DNA from: a bacterium
GTDB lineage: Bacteria > Hinthialibacterota > Hinthialibacteria > Hinthialibacterales > Hinthialibacteraceae
Reading direction: 5' to 3'
Assembly (NCBI GenBank): GCA_041946805.1
Contig: JBHGBC010000002.1
Coordinates: forward strand, 82,354-146,353
Length of the DNA stretch: 64,000 bases
The notes below the pieces were generated by a model. That model had not been told where the DNA came from. It worked only from the letters and a program-made list of their open reading frames with translations, and ran no database searches. Both the position numbers and the translations under genes were made by a program. Of the stretch, positions 57,206-64,000 are shown in pieces (the stretch's first letter is position 1; every line of letters starts with the position of its first letter).

Positions 57206-59338
57206 CTAACGGGTCACCACCATCTCCGGGGTGGGTAGAATGCCGGGATCGGTCAGCGCCGGTTCACATTCCACCACGCCGATCTTTTTCAAACCGTTCA
57301 AGGGAGTCCCCGGGGGGATCGGCTGTTTCACGACCTTCCCGGTTCCCTGAATGTCCGCTTTCAATCCATTCACCGCCAGCCGCACATAGGCTTCGCGGAT
57401 GGACAAGCCCACCAGATCGGGCATGGTCCCGTTCCCGGGAGTCCAGACCGGCGCGGGCGGAACCGGCAGTTGCCGGGTCACACCGAACGAGAGAAAGGGC
57501 TTGGAGTCGCCGGGACCGGAAACCGAAGTGGCGGATTGGATCTCCGCCTGGGCCTTGGCGGCCGCTTGAACCAGCAGAGGATCTTCTTTGTACGTGGGAC
57601 TCAAGCCCCAATAGGCGATGATTTCCTCGGCAATGGTCTTCCAGACCGGGCCGGCGGTTTCGCCGCCGTATTTCTTTTTCTTCGGCTCGTCGACAACCAC
57701 CACGATCACGGCTTCGGGATTTTCAGCAGGGAAAAATCCGGCGAACGAGGCGATGCGTTTGCCGCGGGCATAGGCCCCCGTGCGCGGATCGGTTTTTTGC
57801 GCGGTTCCCGTCTTGCCGGCGATATGGAACCCCGGTATCCGCACATAACGTCCTGTCCCTTCAGGGTTTTCAGTGACGTCGATCATCATTTTGATTAATG
57901 CGTCCGCCGTCTGTTCCGAGATGATGCGGTAGGGCGGCACAGGTTCCCGCGGATAGAAATACCGGTCCATGACCTGGTATCCGCGCAGGATCGAGGGTTT
58001 CTGATAGAGGCCCCGGTTCGCCAACGCACCATAGGCCGCTGTCAGGATCAGCGTGTTGGTGGCGATCTCCTGCCCGTAGGGAATCGAGCCGATGGACGCG
58101 GGCTGCCACTGTTGCGGCGGCCGCAAAATTCCGCCGCTCTCGCCGGGCAACAGGGTGGTCGCTTCCCCCCCGTTCCGGAAGCCGAAGCGGGTCAGGTAGT
58201 CATACAACACCCGCGCCTGGCCGCGGAAGTCATCGGGATGGGAGCCCAACCGCTGGGTGATCTTGATGGTTCCAATGTTGCTCGAGTAGACGAGAATATC
58301 GTGCACCGAAAGCGTATCGAAGCGGTGGATGTCGTCGCGGATGGTGCGGCCCTTGAAGTAGAACGATCCGTTTTCGCAATAAAAGCGGGTGCCGGGCGTC
58401 ACCACTCCCTGATCGAGGGCCGCGGCGATCGTGAACGGCTTCATCACCGATCCCGGTTCGAATACGTCGGTGAGCAGCCGGTTTTTGCGGTAGTCTTCCG
58501 AATAATTCTGGTAGTCGTTCGGATCATACGTGGGATAGTTTGCTAAAGCTAAAATTTCACCGCTGTGGGGATGGATGACTACGGCGTCAGCCTGGACCGC
58601 GTTGGTTTCCTCGCACACTTTCTTGAGTTCCCGCTCGACGATGTATTGGATGTAGCTGTCGATGGTCAGCACATAATCCGCGCCACGGATCATGGCCTTG
58701 GTGTAATCCGTGTCGGCGATGGGCCGGCGGCGGATGTCCTTGTCGGCCTCGATCACCTGGGGCATGCCCTTCAGTTTCTCGTTCAAGGAAAATTCCAGCC
58801 CCGCCAGGCCGGCGTTATCCGCTCCGGTATAGCCCACCACGTGGGCGGCCAGCGTTCCCTCCGGGTAGAAGCGGATCGGCTGTTCATGGAATTCGATCCC
58901 GGAGATCCCGGCGGCCTCGATCCGCTCCTTGTCTTCTTCGGTCAGATTTTGCTTCAGTTCGCGGGCCTTGACCTTTTCCTTGAGCAAAAACGAGATATGA
59001 CGCTGAATTTCAGCGGGCGACAGGCTCAACATCCCGCCCACCTGTTCCAAGGTTGCGGTCACGTTCTGGATATGAGTTTTGTCGGCCACGGCCGTGTACA
59101 GAATGTCGTTCTGCGCCAGCGCCTTGCCGTTTCGGTCGAGGAGCAAACCGCGCGTGGGAGGCAAGGGCAGATGGAAGGTCCGCGCGCGCCCGCTCCGGGC
59201 GATCACGTCGGGGGCGTGGACCACCTGCAGAAAGAAAAGGTTGATGACGAGGCCCGCGTACACGAGAGTCGCGATCCCCATCAACAACACAATACGTGAC
59301 GCCGAGATCTGGTTACTCTTCACGATCCCACCTGCCAT
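57206..59338 (-). CDS. ftsI: Penicillin-binding protein (class B transpeptidase FtsI/PBP2x/SpoVD-like) with C-terminal PASTA domain
   Basis: PBP dimerisation plus transpeptidase (SxxK …SVMKPF…, SxN, KTGT …AGKTGTAQ…). C-terminal PASTA (…MPDLVGLSIREAYVRLAVNGLKADIQGTGKVVKQPIPPGTPLNGLKKIGVVE…). Confidence 0.9.
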   Translation of the reverse strand: MAGGIVKSNQISASRIVLLMGIATLVYAGLVINLFFLQVVHAPDVIARSGRARTFHLPLPPTRGLLLDRNGKALAQNDILYTAVADKTHIQNVTATLEQVGGMLSLSPAEIQRHISFLLKEKVKARELKQNLTEEDKERIEAAGISGIEFHEQPIRFYPEGTLAAHVVGYTGADNAGLAGLEFSLNEKLKGMPQVIEADKDIRRRPIADTDYTKAMIRGADYVLTIDSYIQYIVERELKKVCEETNAVQADAVVIHPHSGEILALANYPTYDPNDYQNYSEDYRKNRLLTDVFEPGSVMKPFTIAAALDQGVVTPGTRFYCENGSFYFKGRTIRDDIHRFDTLSVHDILVYSSNIGTIKITQRLGSHPDDFRGQARVLYDYLTRFGFRNGGEATTLLPGESGGILRPPQQWQPASIGSIPYGQEIATNTLILTAAYGALANRGLYQKPSILRGYQVMDRYFYPREPVPPYRIISEQTADALIKMMIDVTENPEGTGRYVRIPGFHIAGKTGTAQKTDPRTGAYARGKRIASFAGFFPAENPEAVIVVVVDEPKKKKYGGETAGPVWKTIAEEIIAYWGLSPTYKEDPLLVQAAAKAQAEIQSATSVSGPGDSKPFLSFGVTRQLPVPPAPVWTPGNGTMPDLVGLSIREAYVRLAVNGLKADIQGTGKVVKQPIPPGTPLNGLKKIGVVECEPALTDPGILPTPEMVVTR

Positions 59339-59381
59339 TGTCCGGCGCCGGCCGCGCAGCGCGGCGCGTCACCGGGACGTT

Positions 59382-59828
59382 CTACTCGATCCACCTATGC
59401 ACTTGTTCCCTCACCCAATCTCCCATCCGTTGCCAATATTTCCGGACGCGGGACAACAGGCCCGGTTCCTCCAACTCCGGGGCCGCCGGGACCGGCAAGC
59501 CCGTACGGGTTTGCAGGCCGGGAACCACCAGCTCGATCGCCGGGTGGCGCGGCGGACCCAATTGCGGCAACTGCGTCCGCACCAATTCCGCAATGCGGTG
59601 GTAGCGTTCCAGTTCGCCGATGCGGTTTTCCACCCGCCGCAATTCATCCAGAAGACGTATCTTCTCGAGGTTCTTCTCACCCAGGCTGTAGCGGATCCGT
59701 TTCACTTCCATGGACATGTTCACGATCAGAATGACGCTGCCGGCCAGGACAATCATCCAGATATAACCCAAAAAGCCCCGCGCCACGTGAATCGTGGTAT
59801 GAAAGTCATCCGCCGGTTTCCGCGGCAT
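59382..59828 (-). CDS. ftsL: Cell division protein FtsL
   Basis: Small bitopic protein (TM YIWMIVLAGSVILIVNM + coiled coil) between rsmH and ftsI. Confidence 0.7.
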   Translation of the reverse strand: MPRKPADDFHTTIHVARGFLGYIWMIVLAGSVILIVNMSMEVKRIRYSLGEKNLEKIRLLDELRRVENRIGELERYHRIAELVRTQLPQLGPPRHPAIELVVPGLQTRTGLPVPAAPELEEPGLLSRVRKYWQRMGDWVREQVHRWIE

Positions 59829-59927
59829 CGCTCGCCCTGTTTTTTTTATATAATGGAAACCGGGGGTTCCGCCGGAATCCTGGACTGAATCCCTGGACCG
59901 CAGGACACCCTCCCGGTCAGCATTCCC

Positions 59928-60902
59928 TTAATCCGCCCGGACGCCCAGGCGTTCCATAACCCGGAACTGCGCGCTGCGGGAGCGTGGATTCCGGTTCAGT
60001 TCGGCCGCGCAGGGCCGGATGGCCTTGCGCGTGAGGATCACTCCCCGGGCCGGTTCTTCATCGCCCCGCACCGGCATCCCGGGAGGATGCTGCCGCGGGC
60101 CGCAGAATTCTCCAAACTCTTTCTTCGTGATCCGATGCTCGAGCGAGTGGTAACTCAGTACGCCGATCCGGCCGCCGGGGCTCAGATGCGCCTGGGCCGC
60201 CTGGATTCCTTTCCGCAAGGCCTCCAGCTCGTCGTTCACGAAGATCCTCAACGCCATGAACACCCGCGTGGCGGGATGAATCCCTTCCTGATGCTGGTAC
60301 CGGGCGGGAATCGTCTGGATCACCACATCCGCCAGCTGCTGGGTGGTGCCGATCGGTTCATCTTTCCGCCGGCGGACGATCGCCTTGGCGATCCGCCGGG
60401 AAAACCGTTCCTCGCCATACCGCTGAAACAAGCCGGCCAGCTCCTTTTCATCCCATGTCTGGATCACATCCTTGGCCGTCAGGGGCTGCCGCCGGTCCAT
60501 TCTCATGTCCAGCTCGGCGTCCCGTGAAAAACTAAAGCCTCGCTCCGCCCGGTCCACTTGGGGGGATGAAAAACCACAGTCGATGAGGTACCGGTCCGCG
60601 GCATGGATCCCCTCTTCCGTCAGGATTTCCTCCAATTCCTCAAATCCCCGATGATGGAAACTCACTCGGAACGGTGCGTCTCGAAAGCGCTCCCGGCAGA
60701 AGGCCAAGGCCTCGTCATCCCGGTCGATTCCGATCAGCCAATCCCGGGAATCAAAAAAGCGGGTAATCGCCGCGCTGTGCCCCCCATACCCAATCGTACA
60801 ATCCACGAAAACGGCTCCTGGCATGGCCGGCCGCAGCATCTCGGCCACTTCGCTCTCCATGACCGGAACATGATAAACATTATGCGGATCCATTGGATCC
60901 AT
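59928..60902 (-). CDS. rsmH: 16S rRNA (cytosine1402-N4)-methyltransferase
   Basis: HVPVMESEVAEML…FVDCTIGYGGHSAAI…DLGFSSPQVD…, the RsmH/MraW signature. Start taken at MDPMDPHN. The upstream extension in the track is unconserved. Confidence 0.9.
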   Translation of the reverse strand: MDPMDPHNVYHVPVMESEVAEMLRPAMPGAVFVDCTIGYGGHSAAITRFFDSRDWLIGIDRDDEALAFCRERFRDAPFRVSFHHRGFEELEEILTEEGIHAADRYLIDCGFSSPQVDRAERGFSFSRDAELDMRMDRRQPLTAKDVIQTWDEKELAGLFQRYGEERFSRRIAKAIVRRRKDEPIGTTQQLADVVIQTIPARYQHQEGIHPATRVFMALRIFVNDELEALRKGIQAAQAHLSPGGRIGVLSYHSLEHRITKKEFGEFCGPRQHPPGMPVRGDEEPARGVILTRKAIRPCAAELNRNPRSRSAQFRVMERLGVRAD

Positions 60903-61494
60903 TCTTGCCGGATGGATTCTGAGCCATCTCTTTCTCGAAGACTTCCCAGCTTTTCCGCCCTTGCGTGACCGCCAGCACACTGGGCATCTTCTCGTTGAGC
61001 GTCACATCATCTTTCGCGATTTGCTCGAGGAAGATGGCGTGATTCCAGATCATGATTTTGTCCCAATCGCCTGATACAATAACTTTTCCATCCAATCGCG
61101 CATATTCCACCATATCTTGTGGTATAATGATGCGGCCTTCTTTATCCAAACTGACTTCGCGCGCATTGGCGTACATCTGGCGGCGGATCGCCTGCCCTTC
61201 CTTTGTATAGTAAGCCAAACGGCTGACATTCTCCGCCAAGGGCAGCCAATTGCACTCGGGAAAGAGAACCAGCGATTTGTCCATCCAACGGATCAGGATG
61301 AGCGGAGAATTCCCGAGTTTGTCGCGAAATTGATGAGGCAGACCGATGCGCGATTTGGAATCGATCGTGCGCTCATATGTCCCGATTAATCTGTCAATGA
61401 CCGGCGGATTCCCCGGACGGGCGTTAGGGCCATGTTCCAAACTGCCGGAGTTCTCGCCGTTCATCCTAATTTTTACTTTTCCCCAATGTTTGGG
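60880..61494 (-). CDS. mraZ: Transcriptional regulator MraZ
   Basis: Two MraZ/SpoVT-AbrB-like halves: …TYERTIDSKSRIGLPHQFRDKL… and …VSLDKEGRIIIPQDMVEYA…. Start taken at MNGENSG (61494). The track ORF extends to 61587. Confidence 0.8.
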   Translation of the reverse strand, partial: PKHWGKVKIRMNGENSGSLEHGPNARPGNPPVIDRLIGTYERTIDSKSRIGLPHQFRDKLGNSPLILIRWMDKSLVLFPECNWLPLAENVSRLAYYTKEGQAIRRQMYANAREVSLDKEGRIIIPQDMVEYARLDGKVIVSGDWDKIMIWNHAIFLEQIAKDDVTLNEKMPSVLAVTQGRKSWEVFEKEMAQNPSGKNGSNGSA

Positions 61495-62287
61495 TTTTTT
61501 TGGAATTTTTCGGGATTTTGTTCCACAACATGGGATAGTAGCAGAGTCGGAGGGCGGTTTCAAGCGAATTTTGCGAAAAATAAGCACCTAAATTCTTTTT
61601 TCCAAGCCATTTAAGTGTACATTTGTGCAGTAAATCCCAGACTGTTTCGATGGGTAGAAATCCCAAATACATGAGGTTCTTCGCGATTAAATTACAGACT
61701 CTCTAATTTGATTGATTCATCCGCCGAAACGTGTTACGCAGAGTGGAATCGGTATTACTCATACCGCCAAGAGGCTTTCCCCCACTCATATCCCGATCCG
61801 GAAGGTGGATACACCCATCCACAAGGAAATCTCCCATACTATAACCTTTTTATAATCAGGAAGATACAATCGGAAAGAGCCGTAGGGGCGCCGCAACCGG
61901 AAGCAAAGAACCGGGCAATCGATGATCCGGGGAGCAGGGGCTGGATGAATCGGGAGAGAGTATTGCAACGGCTAGTACATTAAGAACTTAGACATCCGGG
62001 TACTATGTACGGGATGGAGAAAAAGGTATTACCTCCCCGCAAGGAAGCGGGCGGATGCCAAGGTACACCCTGACGTAATTTCCCCCAACCTATCCCAAAG
62101 ACAGAGATGTTCTTTGCCCCGAAGTCTTGATCACACAATAGAACTTCATGTCCCTCCGGTTAGTGAATCCATGACGGGCGAAATCGCATTTCAATTCCAA
62201 TTCTCCAAACCGAAAAGAGAAACTACTTTCTTCCCCAGCGATCATTGGATCCAGCCGGGGGATAGACGGTGAAACAAGGTTTTCCCG

Positions 62288-62317
62288 CACCCTGGCCCTC
62301 TCCCAGAGGGCCAGGGG
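62288..62317. repeat. REP-like element, copy D (caccctggccctctcccagagggccagggg), a near-perfect 12-bp palindrome
   Basis: ccctggccctct-ccc-agagggccaggg. Intergenic between the mraZ upstream region and the aminotransferase gene. Confidence 0.65.
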
Positions 62318-62476
62318 ATAGCGGATGGCTCTCTCCCACCCGTCGAATCGATAGCCGGCCGCGCGTTCGGAAAAATGTACGCACTTATCGGATGAACCTT
62401 AATGATCCTTTTGCGAGCGGGTACACGGCGGCAAGCCAAGAAAGGCCGGCCGGATCCCATTTCGCCAGCCTTCCTT

Positions 62477-63808
62477 CTAACTGATTTTGGCCAGCTGCCC
62501 GCGTTTGGCCCACACTTTTTCGAATGCTCGGGCGTATTGTTCGATCAATTCCGGCGCTTCTTCATACAATAACGCCACAAAGAAGTGCGACCGGTTGACC
62601 TGCTCCGAGCCCGGAAGCACATCGGGTATCTTCGGCTTGTGGTGCCACCACTTCGCCTCGGAATAGATTTTATACTTGTGTTGGAGGGGATATCCGTCTT
62701 CACCCCAAATACTCGCCTTCACTCCCTCGGTCCGTAAAGCCTTCAGGAGAGCCTGGCGCGAGAATCCAGCCTTCTTCTCATCGAAGAACAGCATATTGGC
62801 ATAGTAGTAAACACGCTTCTGATCGGGACGGCAGACCGGTTCCGACAAACCGGGCAGCTGGGCGAGGCGGCCGTTCAATTGACGAACCTGACGTTCCACG
62901 AGAGCGTTGCGTTGATCGAGAGTGCGCAGCTGCTCGCGAAGCAGGACCGCCGCCAGGGGATGCATGCGATACTTTTGGCCGAAACCGGTACCCTCGTAGG
63001 CGCGGACCGGGCTGTCTTCCGGGAATTTGGCCGGGTCTTCATAATGTCCGAAGGCGGCGGCGCGCTCGTAGTATTCCCGCTTTTGATACATGCCCATGCC
63101 GCCTTCGATGGCGGGTAAAACCTTGCTTTTTTGGAAACTGCAAATACCCATATCGCCCCAGGTACCCATCATTTTGCCTTGCATCGAGGCTCCGTGAGCG
63201 TGGGCGGCGTCTTCGAGTAGGATCAATCCTTTTTCCTGGGCGAAGCTGGAGATCCTGTCCATTTCGCAAGGCATTCCCCACGAGTGCATCGGGCACAGGG
63301 CGCGCGTCCGTTTGGTCAAGTGGCGCGTGGCATAATCCAGATCGAAAGTGGCCGTGCGGGGATCGATGTCGATGAAGATCGGCGTACAGCTAAAGAAGCG
63401 CATCGGAAGGATTTGAGCGAAAAAAGTGTACGACGGGACCATGATTTCGCTTCCCGGGGGCAGGTCGAGCGCGAAGTACATCGAGGTCAAGGCGCTTGAT
63501 CCATTCATGTGCGCTTTGCAAAACGCCGTCCGGGTGTACGCCTTCCACTCCTCTTCCAGAAGAGGAAGCTGTTGGTAGAAGTCGCCCTTCTCAATCACCG
63601 CGGCCAGGGCGTTCTTTTCCTCGGGCCCATAGCGCGGCCATTTCGTCAAGGCGCTATGGCGATCCTCAGGAAAGGTCACAGCCTGAGGGCCGCCATCGAG
63701 GGCCAGCCGCTCCGGGTTGGAGACCGCCTGCACCCGGCTACTCCCGCCGAGACCGGCCAAGGCTACAGTGGTTTTCAAGAACGCCCTGCGAGTCGGTCCC
63801 GGTTCCAT
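62477..63808 (-). CDS. DegT/DnrJ/EryC1/StrS-family PLP-dependent aminotransferase with twin-arginine signal peptide
   Basis: MEPGPTRRAFLKTTVALAGLGG (S/T-R-R-x-F-L-K Tat consensus). …DGGPQAVTF…, …SFQKSKVLPAIEGG… (PLP-lysine in the DegT sugar aminotransferase/dehydratase context). Confidence 0.8.
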   Translation of the reverse strand: MEPGPTRRAFLKTTVALAGLGGSSRVQAVSNPERLALDGGPQAVTFPEDRHSALTKWPRYGPEEKNALAAVIEKGDFYQQLPLLEEEWKAYTRTAFCKAHMNGSSALTSMYFALDLPPGSEIMVPSYTFFAQILPMRFFSCTPIFIDIDPRTATFDLDYATRHLTKRTRALCPMHSWGMPCEMDRISSFAQEKGLILLEDAAHAHGASMQGKMMGTWGDMGICSFQKSKVLPAIEGGMGMYQKREYYERAAAFGHYEDPAKFPEDSPVRAYEGTGFGQKYRMHPLAAVLLREQLRTLDQRNALVERQVRQLNGRLAQLPGLSEPVCRPDQKRVYYYANMLFFDEKKAGFSRQALLKALRTEGVKASIWGEDGYPLQHKYKIYSEAKWWHHKPKIPDVLPGSEQVNRSHFFVALLYEEAPELIEQYARAFEKVWAKRGQLAKIS

Positions 63809-64000
63809 TTTTGGCTTGCCGCGTAACATAGTTCATGTCCCTCCTTTCTTGTACATGTCGATTCAAGGATTATTACTATAACACCATTTTGTGGCGCATG
63901 CGGTCATTCTGTACTTTATTATATAGTTCATCCAGCCAATGAGGTTCATCGGGCCAGTGAGTATGAGATGGGCGAATTCGCGTTTCCATTCCATGACTCC

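Noticed and set aside
1-64000. CRISPR arrays, transposases, integrases, rRNA genes
   Set aside because: No regularly spaced direct repeats with unique spacers were seen. No DDE/tyrosine-recombinase-like ORFs. No rRNA-like sequence was recognised by eye in any intergenic region.

Overview
High-GC (~65%) bacterial chromosomal window with conserved housekeeping genes and, between them, short low-GC segments that carry defence/addiction cargo. From the 5' end:
(1) 310-4298: an exopolysaccharide/O-antigen-type module on the minus strand. It holds an unusual domain-permuted phosphoglycosyl transferase, a Wzx-like flippase and a sugar-1-P nucleotidyltransferase.
(2) 4300-6250: a low-GC islet. It encodes a 328-aa protein whose C-terminal tail looks like a PIN-toxin-binding antitoxin tail, translationally coupled to a frameshifted VapC PIN toxin.
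(3) 6261-12900: a GH33 sialidase, a Tat-exported DUF362 protein, a Rho_N/DUF4912 protein, a GT4 WecA/MraY-like transferase and a small membrane protein.
(4) 13114-15384: ackA and prs. A small RelE/ParE-like toxin pair lies in the following low-GC gap.
(5) 16045-18999: a 984-aa secreted hydrolase with three domains.
(6) 19650-21726: a consensus sigma70 promoter, a Leu-specific T-box leader and leuA.
(7) 21809-23064: a compact Type II restriction-modification islet (BglII-like endonuclease plus MT-A70/DPPW methyltransferase) in low-GC DNA.
(8) 23170-31550: three giant envelope/glycan proteins. These are a beta-propeller fused to a GT-C glycosyltransferase, a PpiD/SurA-like parvulin chaperone, and a DUF5060-GH5 hydrolase.
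(9) 31748-45294: tyrA-pheA-smg, tRNA-Lys(CUU), a SAM methyltransferase, psd, nadD, proA, a 933-aa polytopic membrane protein and a Tat-exported Gfo/Idh/MocA oxidoreductase.
(10) 45772-61494: a complete minus-strand dcw cluster (mraZ-rsmH-ftsL-ftsI-murE-mraY-murD-ftsW-murG-murC-ftsQ-ftsA-ftsZ) that conspicuously lacks murF, murB and ddl.
(11) 62477-63808: a Tat-exported DegT-family aminotransferase.
Intergenic regions carry at least five copies of a GC-rich palindromic REP-like element (GGGAGAGGGCYAGGGTGAGGG core) and a second hairpin repeat family. No CRISPR array, transposase or integrase was seen. Many long antisense ORFs in the six-frame track are high-GC artefacts.
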